From positions 86,847-150,846 of the forward strand of contig JBAJNM010000001.1 in NCBI GenBank assembly GCA_036881865.1: a stretch of 64,000 nucleotides of DNA, given 5' to 3'. The notes below the pieces were generated by a model that saw only the letters and a program-made list of their open reading frames with translations, was not told where the DNA came from and did not search any database. This stretch comes from Parvularculales bacterium (GTDB taxonomy: Bacteria; Pseudomonadota; Alphaproteobacteria; JAPOUT01; JBAJNM01). Shown piece after piece: positions 49,091-59,416 of the stretch. Position numbers and translations under genes: made by a program. How positions within the stretch are numbered: position 1 is the first letter of the stretch; the number at the start of each line of letters is the position of its first letter.

Positions 49091-52000
49091 TTAGTTTTAT
49101 CTCTTCTGGAGTCACCGGACGCCAACACTTTAAGACGCTCATGGGCTGAATTAGACGCCGGACGCCACAATTCTCTCTCCAGAGCTTCACAAAAACGAGT
49201 TGCCATTTCCTGCAACGCCGCTGGATTGTTCGTACGTAAAAACTCTAGCACGTCATCGCTCTCTAAATAAGCCTCATAAACTAGATCGAAATGATAATCT
49301 GCCACCACCTGTGCAGTTGCTGCAAAAGCGAACAGGTAATCCACTGTCGCCGCCATTTCAAACGCACCCTTGTAGCCATGCTCCATAATACCGGTTATCC
49401 ATTTGGAGTTGGTAGCGCGTGCCCGTACAACGCGTGCGATCTCATCATTCAGCGTACGGATAACCGGACGCTCCGGCCGGGAGTGGTCATTATGATAGAG
49501 CGTCGGTTGTGCGCCGGAAAAATGCCGAACAGATGCCGCTAGCCCTCCCTCAAACTGATAATAATCATCAGAGTCCAAAAGATCATGTTCACGATTATCT
49601 TGATTTTGAATAACGGCTTGGATCTTTGCAAGACGCTGTTCAAATAATCCATGCATCGCAATTCCTTCGGCACCAACTCCATAGGCATAACCGCCCCACG
49701 CAACATAAGCGCGGGCTAAATCTTTGTCATCCTGCCAACCTTTTTCATCAATCAGCGCTTGTAGCCCAGCCCCATAAGCACCTGGATGTGAGCCAAACAC
49801 CCGGAAGCCTGCCCTATGGTGAGATTCAGTCTCTGACATCCCTTGAGCTATAAGACACACGCTTTCATCATGTACTTGTGATGCGAGGGAATTATCCTCC
49901 GGTGGTTCATCAAGAGCGGCTACGGCTCGTGCGGCTGAATCAAACAAATCTATCTGTGTTGGAAACGCATCCCGAAAAAACCCAGACACCCGCAACGTCA
50001 CATCTACCCGTGGACGGGCTAGCAAAGACAGCGGCAATATCTCAAAACCAGCTACCCGTCCTGATACATCATCCCATCGGGGGCGCACGCCCATAAGTGC
50101 TAAGGCTTGCGCGATATCATCACCACCGGTGCGCATGTTAGCTGTCCCCCATGCTGAGATCGCCATAGCGCGAGGCCACTCTCCATGGCTTTGACGATAA
50201 TGCTCCATCAACAATTCAGCTGACTCCCAACCTAGACGCCAAGCGGCTGCCGTTGGCAGAGAGCGGCTGTCTACAGAATAAAAATTACGTCCCGTAGGCA
50301 ACACATCAAATCGTCCTCTGGTGGGTGCCCCGGACGGACCAGGCATCACAAACCGTCCCTCCAACGCTGCAAGCAACCCCTCTACCTCACACTCACCACA
50401 TGTTTCAATGGCTGGAGCTACTACCTCTTCCATATGAGCCAAGACCTCTGTTGTTTTGCGCCACTCAAGAGGAACTGCCCTCTCACCCGAAACAAGCGCT
50501 AAGGCCAAAGCCTCTATACGCTCAACACTATCACCCTTATGCCGCCATGGCCCTTCTGCTATGGTTGCCAACACATCAGGGCGCGGTCCCTGCCACGGCT
50601 CACCTAGAACACAATCCAACGGATCAAACTTCTCAAGACCTAAATCATCCGCCAGTGCTCGATGAAGAGATGCATCTCCTCCGTGACCTTCCCCACGCGG
50701 AGTACGCAACAACGCCGTAATTAAATCATGCTTTCTCTCCCCTTTAGGGGCTACGCCAAATACATGGAGGCCACCACGTATCTGCATTTCTTTTAATTCA
50801 CAGAGATAATTATCCAGACAAGCCAACGCATCAGAGCGACTCTCGGAAGTTTCCATGCCACAATCCCTATCCAACCCGATGCGTTGGCTTAGCCCTATAA
50901 TTTCATTTTCCAAGAAGTCCAGACGGCGTGGATCAGCGCTGGCTGCGCCATAATATTCATCCACCAGCCGTTCCAGCTCAGCATAGGGCCCATACGACTC
51001 CGCTCGTGTCAAAGGTGGTGTTAAATGGTCAATAATCACCGCCTGAGCTCGACGCTTAGCCTGCGTACCTTCACCCGGATCATTCACAATAAACGGATAA
51101 ATATGTGGCAAAGGGCCAAAGACAGCTTCCGGAAAGCATGCCTCCGACAAAGCTACCGCCTTACCAGGTAACCACTCCAGATTGCCATGCTTACCCATCT
51201 GAACCACTGCATCGCTCTTTTCTTTCTCACGCAACCATCCATAAAGTGCTACATACCCATGGGGTGGTGGTAGAGCCGGATCATGATAGCTGCTGACGGG
51301 ATCAATGTTATACCCCCGAGCTGGTTGCACCGCGAGGGTTATAGCACCACAGCGCATCACTGCCAGAGCAAAAGCCTGTTGATCTTTAAGAAAGAAGGGA
51401 TCCTTTTCTGGTGTGCCCCAGCGCGCAGTTAAAGATTCTTGTATAGCCTCCGGTAGACGTTTGAAAAACTTCTGATAGTCATCAAGAGAATACGTCTCAC
51501 GAACAATACGCCCCTCAACTCCTGCATTGGTTGGCCCCTCAGCAAGAGCTGCCATAAGAGCTTCTCCGTCGGGGGGTATATCGGCTACGTCATACCCCAC
51601 CTGCTTTAAGGCGTGGAGCACTTTTATGAGGGCGGCAGGGGTATCCAACCCCACTCCGTTGCCAAGCCGTCCATCACGGTTGGGATAGTTAGCCAGCATC
51701 AAAACAAGACGTCGTTTGTCAGCAGGCGTTTTGCGCAAGCGTACCCAACGGGCAGCAAGGGTAGCAATAAAACAGGCTCGCTCTTTATCGGTCTCATAAT
51801 GAGAAAGAGTACATTGTGTCTTTTCATCATAATGAGACGGAGCCTTAAACGAAACAGCCCGTGTAATAAGCCGCCCGTCAACCTCCGGCAGGGCTACCGC
51901 CATGGCAATATCTCGGGGGGCTAGGCCTCGCACACCGTCTCTCCATGCCTGCTGCGTCTCTCCGGAAAACATTACCTGCAGCACAGGCACATCCAGCCCG

Positions 52001-52848
52001 TCAAAAGGTCCCAACTGTCGTTCTCCCTCTGGTAAAGAAACGGCAAAACCTGTTGTGTTCAAAATGATATCTGGATTATTTTTCTCCAATATGTGATGCA
52101 CTATCTCTCCTGCCATTGGCTCTTTAAGGCTAACCGTAAAAACAGGTAAAGGATTCATACCACAAGATGTTAGAGACGTAACCAATGCTTCAATAGGTGC
52201 TAGTGTTTCGGCCTGAAGTAAGGCTCGGTAAAACACAATAGCAGCCACCGGTGCTCCCTCACGCCAGTGTTTTCTCACAGCATCCATATCAGGATGGCTT
52301 AGATCAAACCACCACAATCCGGCACGCAACAAAGGCAAGGGCTCCAGCCATGCATCGGAGCGCCCCAACAAGCTCGCGCAAAACCCAAGAAAAGATCGGG
52401 CGTTTTTCTCCCCCCCCTGAATGCAATACTGCCACAAACGATGCATCTCCTGTGGCGCAAGAGTAGAAAGCCTGCCAAGTTCGGGGTCGGGCTGTTCATC
52501 TCCCGGTAACAACGCAAGAGGAATCCCTCGTGCCCGACAGGTTTCTACCACCCGTTCTACACCATAAGGCCAATAGCGCACCCCTCCTAATAAACGCACC
52601 ACCACAATCCGTGCTCGTGCTATAATGTTCTCTACATAAAGGTCGACGGAAAGATTGTGACTCAGCTGCATAATATTGGCCAAACGCAAGGTAAGACAAT
52701 CCTCAGGCTGTCCCCTATGAGCGGCAGCTATACATGCCAGTTCTGTATCTGCTGATGAGAGAAAAATAATGTCAGCAGGTGTTTGCCCTAAATCCACCGC
52801 GCTTGCGCCATCATCAATAACGCCGTGTTGCGCCTGAAGCAAATGCAT
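49087..52848 (-). CDS. cobN: Aerobic cobaltochelatase large subunit
   Basis: 1253 aa; CobN/Mg-chelatase H family. Confidence 0.95.
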   Translation of the reverse strand: MHLLQAQHGVIDDGASAVDLGQTPADIIFLSSADTELACIAAAHRGQPEDCLTLRLANIMQLSHNLSVDLYVENIIARARIVVVRLLGGVRYWPYGVERVVETCRARGIPLALLPGDEQPDPELGRLSTLAPQEMHRLWQYCIQGGEKNARSFLGFCASLLGRSDAWLEPLPLLRAGLWWFDLSHPDMDAVRKHWREGAPVAAIVFYRALLQAETLAPIEALVTSLTSCGMNPLPVFTVSLKEPMAGEIVHHILEKNNPDIILNTTGFAVSLPEGERQLGPFDGLDVPVLQVMFSGETQQAWRDGVRGLAPRDIAMAVALPEVDGRLITRAVSFKAPSHYDEKTQCTLSHYETDKERACFIATLAARWVRLRKTPADKRRLVLMLANYPNRDGRLGNGVGLDTPAALIKVLHALKQVGYDVADIPPDGEALMAALAEGPTNAGVEGRIVRETYSLDDYQKFFKRLPEAIQESLTARWGTPEKDPFFLKDQQAFALAVMRCGAITLAVQPARGYNIDPVSSYHDPALPPPHGYVALYGWLREKEKSDAVVQMGKHGNLEWLPGKAVALSEACFPEAVFGPLPHIYPFIVNDPGEGTQAKRRAQAVIIDHLTPPLTRAESYGPYAELERLVDEYYGAASADPRRLDFLENEIIGLSQRIGLDRDCGMETSESRSDALACLDNYLCELKEMQIRGGLHVFGVAPKGERKHDLITALLRTPRGEGHGGDASLHRALADDLGLEKFDPLDCVLGEPWQGPRPDVLATIAEGPWRHKGDSVERIEALALALVSGERAVPLEWRKTTEVLAHMEEVVAPAIETCGECEVEGLLAALEGRFVMPGPSGAPTRGRFDVLPTGRNFYSVDSRSLPTAAAWRLGWESAELLMEHYRQSHGEWPRAMAISAWGTANMRTGGDDIAQALALMGVRPRWDDVSGRVAGFEILPLSLLARPRVDVTLRVSGFFRDAFPTQIDLFDSAARAVAALDEPPEDNSLASQVHDESVCLIAQGMSETESHHRAGFRVFGSHPGAYGAGLQALIDEKGWQDDKDLARAYVAWGGYAYGVGAEGIAMHGLFEQRLAKIQAVIQNQDNREHDLLDSDDYYQFEGGLAASVRHFSGAQPTLYHNDHSRPERPVIRTLNDEIARVVRARATNSKWITGIMEHGYKGAFEMAATVDYLFAFAATAQVVADYHFDLVYEAYLESDDVLEFLRTNNPAALQEMATRFCEALERELWRPASNSAHERLKVLASGDSRRDKTK

Positions 52849-52866
52849 AAGGTTAAAACCGCTCTT

Positions 52867-53904
52867 TTAGCCTGCAAGGGCTACTGTGATGGCTTGCCGG
52901 TCAAGACCCGCCCTGCCGATAATTACAAGCTTAGAACATGGTGCATCATCCGGCCCCCAGGGTCGGCTATAATAATGATCCACCCGCTGCCCCACAGCCT
53001 GTATCATCAATCGCATCGGCTTGCCTGATACCGCCACAGCACCCTTAACCCGAAAAACATCATGATCTGCCAACACTCCCCTTAACCGCTTAACAATATC
53101 TTCCGGCGTAAGGCTCTCTTCATATATAACGGTAAAACTCTCAAAGTCATCATGTTCGTGCTCCTCCTCCCCATCATGGTGAGACGGACGAACTGATAAA
53201 TCATCCTCCGCTCTCGCCTCAAGGCCCAAGATTATGTCTGCCGCTATCTGGCCATGGGCCGAGCACACCATCCTCACCCCCGAACGCATACCTGCTTGTG
53301 TGCGCATTATAACACTCTCTAACTGATCTTCATCTAGAAGATCTGTCTTGTTAAACACAACCATGTCAGCACAAGCCAGCTGATCATCAAATAACTCCTT
53401 CAGAGGTGTTTCATGATTAAGCATGGGGTCGGCACGTCGTTGAACTTCAACCGCCTTGTCATCGCAAGTAAAACGTCCCTCCTGAACGGCGGCAGCATCA
53501 ACCAACGCAATGACACCATCTACCGTAGCCCGCGTGCGAACCTCTGGCCATGAAAACGCCTGCACTAAAGGTTTAGGTAACGCCAAACCTGACGTTTCAA
53601 TAATAATATGAGCCGGAGCAGGTGAGCGCCCCAGAAGGTTCGTCATCGCCGGCATAAAATCATCCGCTACCGTACAACACAGACAGCCGTTAGCCAGTTC
53701 CAGAATATCCTCTTCACTGCAGGCTTCATCGGCGCACTCCCGAATAATCTCTCCATCAACCCCTAAATCACCAAACTCATTAATAATAAGGGCCAATCGT
53801 CTTCCTCCCGCCGTCTTGAGAAGGTGACGTATCAAACTTGTCTTTCCGGTCCCTAAAAATCCCGTTATAATCGTAACAGGGACCTTGCCCCTATACTCTG
53901 TCAT
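52867..53904 (-). CDS. cobW: Cobalamin biosynthesis GTPase CobW (COG0523)
   Basis: GFLGTGKTS P-loop, a CxCC motif (GCLCCTV), and a His/acidic stretch. Confidence 0.9.
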   Translation of the reverse strand: MTEYRGKVPVTIITGFLGTGKTSLIRHLLKTAGGRRLALIINEFGDLGVDGEIIRECADEACSEEDILELANGCLCCTVADDFMPAMTNLLGRSPAPAHIIIETSGLALPKPLVQAFSWPEVRTRATVDGVIALVDAAAVQEGRFTCDDKAVEVQRRADPMLNHETPLKELFDDQLACADMVVFNKTDLLDEDQLESVIMRTQAGMRSGVRMVCSAHGQIAADIILGLEARAEDDLSVRPSHHDGEEEHEHDDFESFTVIYEESLTPEDIVKRLRGVLADHDVFRVKGAVAVSGKPMRLMIQAVGQRVDHYYSRPWGPDDAPCSKLVIIGRAGLDRQAITVALAG

Positions 53905-53918
53905 AGGAATAATTCCTT

Positions 53919-54461
53919 CTATAGCATTTCATGAGATGTTGTTTTCAGATGAAGTGGTAATCCCGCTATCATCAAAACCACAGATTGAGCAATAGCAGCT
54001 ATCTTTTGGGCCAAAACCCCTCCATGGTCACGAAAGGCCCGAGCCATAGCATTATCCGGCACAATGCCTAATCCCGTTTCATTAGAGACCAACACAACCG
54101 GAACATTAAGCCTTTGCACCTGTGCCACTAAAGCCGCACTCTCCTGAACTACATCTCGTTCAGCACCCATGATATTTGCCAACCACACTGTAAGGCAATC
54201 TACCAGAACCACTTCGCTTTCCGGGGTTAGACGGCCCAATGCTTGCGTTATCTCTAGAGGCTCTTCTATCATTTGCCATCCCTCACCCCGCCGTATTTTA
54301 TGTTTCGTAATTCTCTCTGCCATCTCCTCATCCAGTGCCTCAGCCGTTGCAATATATGTTGGTCGGCCTGAGGCGCTCCGTACAAGATCCTCTGCATAGC
54401 GGCTTTTGCCCGAACGGGTACCACCAAGAACAAGAGTAACAGGAGGGAGCATAATACCCAC
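53919..54461 (-). CDS. cobU: Adenosylcobinamide kinase / adenosylcobinamide-phosphate guanylyltransferase
   Basis: 180 aa; GGTRSGKS P-loop. Confidence 0.9.
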   Translation of the reverse strand: MGIMLPPVTLVLGGTRSGKSRYAEDLVRSASGRPTYIATAEALDEEMAERITKHKIRRGEGWQMIEEPLEITQALGRLTPESEVVLVDCLTVWLANIMGAERDVVQESAALVAQVQRLNVPVVLVSNETGLGIVPDNAMARAFRDHGGVLAQKIAAIAQSVVLMIAGLPLHLKTTSHEML

Positions 54462-54628
54462 TATAATCCTCCATCTGCGGTCTGCATAGCGCCATAGTCA
54501 TAAGACCAACATTCATGAGACTCAACACTTACTGATAGTGTGATTTTCCTTGCCTCATACTCCAGACCGCATCATTATCGGCATGTTGATTTATCCCATA
54601 CCCCTCTTCTCATGATACTTTTGCTCGT

Positions 54629-55525
54629 ATGACAACTAATCCCGCACCCCAGATTAACAATCTCCTTAACGAGGAACAAAAGACGCGGGCGGCTCATTGG
54701 TTTCGCCAGTTACAAAAGCAATTATGTAAATGTCTGGAGGAGTTGGAGGATGAATGCCCCATCGGGAATGAACCGCCAGGGCGCTTTCACTACACTCCAT
54801 GGCAGCGTGGCACAGATGATGAAGATGCGGGCGGTGGTCTTATGGGAGTCATGTCCGGCCGTCTTGTTGAGAAAGCCGGTATCCACAGCTCTACGGTTTA
54901 TGGTACCCTCTCAGAAGAGTTCCGGGAGCGTATTCTTGGCACAGAGGCTAGTCCTGAGTTTTGGGCTAGCGGGGTTTCTGTCATTATTCATCCCCGCAAC
55001 CCCCATGTGCCTGCCGTGCATCTGAACACTCGTCTAGTGGTGACGAACCGTACGTGGTTTGGAGGCGGTATGGATTTAACGCCCTTGCTTGATGATTACC
55101 GTCATGATGCACATCCTGACACCTGCGCCTTTCATAACACCCTCAAAAAAATATGTGATCGTCATGACACGTCTTATCCAAAGCTCAAACAAGCCTGTGA
55201 TGATTATTTTTATCTACCCCATAGAGGAGAAGCCCGTGGCATGGGTGGCATTTTTTATGATTACATCAACAGTGGTGACTGGGAAGAAGATTTCGCCTTT
55301 AGCCGTGATATTGGGCTTGGCTTTTTGGAGGCATGGCCACCCATTGCCAGACAGCGTATGACACAGCCGTGGACAGAGGATGAGCGGGAGCAACAATTGA
55401 TACGCCGAGGTCGCTATGTGGAATTCAATCTCCTTTATGATCGCGGCACGACTTTTGGCCTTAAAACAGGCGGAAATGTTTCCGCTATTCTTTCTTCCTT
55501 GCCGCCAGTCGTAAAATGGCCCTAA
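54629..55525 (+). CDS. hemF: Oxygen-dependent coproporphyrinogen-III oxidase
   Basis: 298 aa; HemF family. Confidence 0.9.
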   Translation: MTTNPAPQINNLLNEEQKTRAAHWFRQLQKQLCKCLEELEDECPIGNEPPGRFHYTPWQRGTDDEDAGGGLMGVMSGRLVEKAGIHSSTVYGTLSEEFRERILGTEASPEFWASGVSVIIHPRNPHVPAVHLNTRLVVTNRTWFGGGMDLTPLLDDYRHDAHPDTCAFHNTLKKICDRHDTSYPKLKQACDDYFYLPHRGEARGMGGIFYDYINSGDWEEDFAFSRDIGLGFLEAWPPIARQRMTQPWTEDEREQQLIRRGRYVEFNLLYDRGTTFGLKTGGNVSAILSSLPPVVKWP

Positions 55526-55968
55526 AAACGAATCTGCCAAACTCCTTCCACGGCACTCTGCAAAACACCCTGCATGCTATACGTGCCCGCCTCCATAGCG
55601 TCATGTTGGTGGTAGGCTTAGCTATGGCGGGTGGTATTACGTGGGCTGCTTCGTCAGCTTCGCAGCCTATGTGGGAGACTGAGCGCCGTGCGCGCTTTGT
55701 GGAGTTGGGAGCACTTCTAAATCCCACAGCAACAGAAGCCACTCGTCATGTCATGAATTGCATCTATAAGACGGCGCTTGATAATTTCGGGCCATTGGCC
55801 ATAGAAGATTACATTCGCGTTGTTAACAAACATTACGACAATAAAAATATTTCAGAATATGAGCACCACTCAATTCAAATGTTTCGACCTCTTTTTATAG
55901 ATTGCTCCAAAGAAGTAGCTCTCAACATAACAACGCCTAATAAACCGTCGCCTGCACAACGGCCTTAA
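55516..55968 (+). CDS. Hypothetical protein with an N-terminal membrane anchor
   Basis: 150 aa with no recognisable domain. The start is probably an internal Met before the LVVGLAMAGG hydrophobic segment. Confidence 0.3.
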   Translation: MALKTNLPNSFHGTLQNTLHAIRARLHSVMLVVGLAMAGGITWAASSASQPMWETERRARFVELGALLNPTATEATRHVMNCIYKTALDNFGPLAIEDYIRVVNKHYDNKNISEYEHHSIQMFRPLFIDCSKEVALNITTPNKPSPAQRP

Positions 55969-57229
55969 GACGCTCAATGATAGAAAACATATCATCTGTA
56001 AAGTCGGCCTCAATCCACCACTCCTCTACTTCATCCATAACGCGACCCATCTCCGACCCCTCTGGCACACCTGCCTTGCGAACCATATCACCGGTCAGAG
56101 GAAATCGAGGCCGCTTCCAACTATCCGCCATGGCCAATAACGCTCGCCACTGAACAGAATTGGATGATTTTTCGTCAGAAGCCCAACCCAGCATCACCCG
56201 ATCCTGAAAGCACCGCTCACCCATAACATAAAGACGACGACGCACCTCGCGCATAGATAAATAACAAACAAAATTTGCATCTTGCCCACGAATTCCTTCA
56301 AGAAGACAACTCTTCAGCCTGTCACGGTCGGCACGGGATAATTTCAATCGTCCGGCGACGGCCTCCACATTTTCTACGTCAGGGTCTAAAAGAGCAGCTA
56401 GCCGCAAGACAGCATCGCTCTTGAAGAGTTGGTGTTCTTCAATATCAACCAGTCGCTCATAGCGACCTAGATAAGTCGCCTCCGGTAATACAATACTCAG
56501 AATACCCGTCGCCGCCATAGTCCGCAACACCATAGGTCCACCAGAAGCCCCTAAAATCTTCAACAACTCCTCTCTAACCCGCCCAGCAGAGAGTTTCTCC
56601 AAACCTTGCTTCAGCGCCTGACAAGCCTCGAACCCCGCCCCATTGAGTTCACCTGCACCATAACGGGCATGAAAGCGGAAAAACCGCAAAATGCGCAAAT
56701 AATCCTCCCTAATACGAGTTTCAGCCTCACCAATAAAACGCACGACCCCCGCTTTTAAATCAGAGCGACCCCCCAGAGGATCATAAACTACGCCATATCT
56801 ATCTGCATAAAGTGCATTGAGAGTAAAATCACGACGGGACGCATCAACAACCCAATCATCGGTATAAGCCACTTCCGCATGACGACCGTCGGTCTTCACA
56901 TCAACCCGTAACGTGGTAATTTCAAAACTAATTCCACTTACCGTAACGCCCGCTGTGCCATGACCTATGCCTTGAGTGCGCGGCGACAAGCCCGCCTTTC
57001 TCAATCGCTCAACAACAAGTTCCGGCTTTAAGCGTGTGGCAATATCCACATCCTTCACTGGAAGACCTAATAATGAATCCCGCACACACCCGCCCACAAA
57101 ACGGGTATCATATTCCTCCTTTGATCCTCCCCCTGGCATGAGTGCAGTCATTACCTTTTGTGTTTCCGGTGATGTTATCCACGGGGACTTAGCTAATTCT
57201 CCTTGTTTTTTATTATTCACTATTATCAC
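55937..57229 (-). CDS. CCA tRNA nucleotidyltransferase / poly(A) polymerase head-domain family
   Basis: GGCVRDSLLG..DVDIAT nucleotidyltransferase motif; 430 aa. Confidence 0.8.
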   Translation of the reverse strand: MIIVNNKKQGELAKSPWITSPETQKVMTALMPGGGSKEEYDTRFVGGCVRDSLLGLPVKDVDIATRLKPELVVERLRKAGLSPRTQGIGHGTAGVTVSGISFEITTLRVDVKTDGRHAEVAYTDDWVVDASRRDFTLNALYADRYGVVYDPLGGRSDLKAGVVRFIGEAETRIREDYLRILRFFRFHARYGAGELNGAGFEACQALKQGLEKLSAGRVREELLKILGASGGPMVLRTMAATGILSIVLPEATYLGRYERLVDIEEHQLFKSDAVLRLAALLDPDVENVEAVAGRLKLSRADRDRLKSCLLEGIRGQDANFVCYLSMREVRRRLYVMGERCFQDRVMLGWASDEKSSNSVQWRALLAMADSWKRPRFPLTGDMVRKAGVPEGSEMGRVMDEVEEWWIEADFTDDMFSIIERLKAVVQATVY

Positions 57230-57252
57230 ACCATTCTACTCAACCAAATACT

Positions 57253-57522
57253 CTACTCAATGCGACCTGGAATAATGAGACCATCTTCATAACGCGGTGG
57301 TACATAAACGCCGTCAGGAGAACCACCCTCAAAACTAGCAAGAGACAAAAAGCCTGCAATCACTAAAACCAACCCTATCGCTACAAGCAAGAAAACCACC
57401 CGCCCGCCAAATACATCCTTGCCCTGCTGACGCCCCCTCATACGTTGCAACCAAATATAACTCCCATAAAGAATAAACGGCAGGGAAAAAGCAATCACGT
57501 TCACCAAAATGATACGTATCAT
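57253..57522 (-). CDS. Small membrane protein, hypothetical
   Basis: 89 aa with two TM helices. It lies between the CCA enzyme and NUDIX genes and overlaps the NUDIX stop. Confidence 0.4.
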   Translation of the reverse strand: MIRIILVNVIAFSLPFILYGSYIWLQRMRGRQQGKDVFGGRVVFLLVAIGLVLVIAGFLSLASFEGGSPDGVYVPPRYEDGLIIPGRIE

Positions 57523-58097
57523 AGCGCAAAAACCCTCTCATAAAGATTGCGCAAGATACCGGCCGTAGCCCCCCATATATTATAATCTTCATAAGGGATA
57601 GCGTAAAAACAACGCCGCACTCCATTGCGCTCTACTTTATGATGTTGATGGTTTGATGGGTTCATCAAAAAAGACAACGGAACCTCGAAAACTTCATCCA
57701 CTTCACCCGCATCAAGGCACAATGTAAACCCCGAGCGTACAAACCCTACAACCGGCGTAATAGAAAAACCACTGCCCACAGTATGCATATCCAGAAACCC
57801 AGCAACCTCAATGAAAGAGCGGTCAAGACCTATCTCCTCTTTTGTCTCTCTTAAGGCGGCATTGGTGGGAGTTTCTTCTATTCCATTTATTTTACCCCCG
57901 GGAAAAGCGATCTGACCAGAATGTTGGGGTAATGTTTCCGCCCGTCGAGTAAGAAGCACCACAGGGCCAGCAGGCCGCTCCACCACCGGAACTAAAACCG
58001 CCGCCGGTATTAGACCATCGTGGTCGGCTAGTGTCTCAGCGCCATAGCTAAGGCGGTTATCAATGTTATTTATAATTTTACTCTGGTAATTGCGCAT
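57519..58097 (-). CDS. NUDIX hydrolase, CoA pyrophosphatase-like (start at the internal Met; longer ORF to 58214 overlaps the upstream gene)
   Basis: Nudix box GGKINGIEETPTNAALRETKEEIGL. Confidence 0.75.
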   Translation of the reverse strand: MRNYQSKIINNIDNRLSYGAETLADHDGLIPAAVLVPVVERPAGPVVLLTRRAETLPQHSGQIAFPGGKINGIEETPTNAALRETKEEIGLDRSFIEVAGFLDMHTVGSGFSITPVVGFVRSGFTLCLDAGEVDEVFEVPLSFLMNPSNHQHHKVERNGVRRCFYAIPYEDYNIWGATAGILRNLYERVFAL

Positions 58098-58101
58098 AAC
58101 A

Positions 58102-58716
58102 CTATGAACACTCGGTATCGGATAACGTGTGCAATTCATCGGTCCCCATAAAAGGAAAAAACATACCCCCGCTCCATACGCCAAAATATGACTGCCCTTC
58201 AACCACCGCCCCACATCCCAGAGCTACTAAATCATAAAAAACAGAACGCCCGATAAGTGCCTCCAAACGCGCCCGCACCAGAACATAAGGAGATGGCTCT
58301 CCGGATTCACCATTTATGGTAACCCTTATGGGGTTGTCCAGTCCGGCCTCAACGGCATCACCCATGTTGGTTGTAAACCGCAGAGTTTGTGTTTCTCCTT
58401 CACCCTCCACAGAAAGTCCCACAGCTACAAAGGGGGCATCATCAACGGTGATACCAATTTTTTCTGCTGGTGTTACTAGATAATATCGGCCATCATCATC
58501 GTGCCGTAACACCGTAGAAAAGAGTCGCGCCAAGCGTTTGCGACCAATAGGTGTGCCCAGATAATACCATGTTCCATCACGGGCGATGCGCATATCAATA
58601 TCACCACAAAAGTCAGGATTCCAAAGATGAACAGGTGGCAATGCGGATTTAGCCGCGCTTTTCGTTGAATCAAACCCTTTTAAAATATCATCTACCAAAG
58701 AATGCTCCATAATCAA
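58102..58716 (-). CDS. DUF1285-family conserved protein
   Basis: 204 aa; W.YLGTPI.R..L..LF..VL..D..G.YYLVTPAEK..I.VDDAPF pattern. Confidence 0.65.
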   Translation of the reverse strand: MIMEHSLVDDILKGFDSTKSAAKSALPPVHLWNPDFCGDIDMRIARDGTWYYLGTPIGRKRLARLFSTVLRHDDDGRYYLVTPAEKIGITVDDAPFVAVGLSVEGEGETQTLRFTTNMGDAVEAGLDNPIRVTINGESGEPSPYVLVRARLEALIGRSVFYDLVALGCGAVVEGQSYFGVWSGGMFFPFMGTDELHTLSDTECS

Positions 58717-59264
58717 CGATCTCTTTCGGGAACCAGAACTCGTCCCCGCACTCCGTCAAATGCACCGGCCACAAGAGAGCATAACAATACCCGCGCTGGA
58801 TCAACCGGTCCTGGAAACTCTATCTGCTTTGCCTCTTGAGGAACAAAGTCCACGCGAGCATAATAAGACGGATCCCCCACTAACAAGACTCTTTCATGTC
58901 CCAACGCTTTTGCTTGTCCTAATCCATGCCGCATCAGAAAAAGCCCCGCATTCCGCCCTCGATAGTCGGGTAAAACCACCAACGGTCCTAACAACAACGC
59001 TGGTGTATCTTCAATCCTCACTGGCCAAAACTGAATAGCTCCTATCGGTACGTCGCCATCCTTACAGGCAAGCAAACAAAGTTCCGCTACGGGCTGATTG
59101 TTTTCCCTTAGCCTATAAGCCGTTTGAGCAAAACGTCCGGGGCCAAACGTATGGTCTAGCAATCTATCAACCACGCCATCGTGGGTGGTGGTTTCTTGTG
59201 TGATGGTAATTTCGAGCATTCTTACGACCTTCTTACAACTTATAACCCACCTATGGCCTAGCAC
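58713..59264 (-). CDS. GNAT family N-acetyltransferase
   Basis: Motif A LVVLPDYRGRNAGLFLM. Confidence 0.7.
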   Translation of the reverse strand: MLGHRWVISCKKVVRMLEITITQETTTHDGVVDRLLDHTFGPGRFAQTAYRLRENNQPVAELCLLACKDGDVPIGAIQFWPVRIEDTPALLLGPLVVLPDYRGRNAGLFLMRHGLGQAKALGHERVLLVGDPSYYARVDFVPQEAKQIEFPGPVDPARVLLCSLVAGAFDGVRGRVLVPERDR

Positions 59265-59416
59265 TTTTTTACTTCCAGCTTGCTCCTATAAAACCCTAAA
59301 TTTATAGTACTTAGATTTATTATTAGAATTTTAAAAGAAAAATTCTCCCCCTACCATAAGCATTATTTTATACTATACTGTCTTAGTTGTATTGAAGTCT
59401 GAAGAAGGGCACTACA

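Noticed and set aside
49087-52848. Numerous 60-130-aa ORFs inside and antisense to cobN (e.g. 50325-50720, 51613-51924)
   Set aside because: They are embedded in a very long, well-supported gene. Their Pro/His/Arg-rich translations are typical of alternative frames of GC-rich coding DNA.
54462-54628. Expected cobalamin riboswitch in the cobU leader
   Set aside because: I scanned both strands for the B12-box (GCCACTG) and the GGTGAAAATCC-type elements. Only a weak AAGGAAAATCAC-like string is present. That is not enough to call a riboswitch without a covariance-model search.
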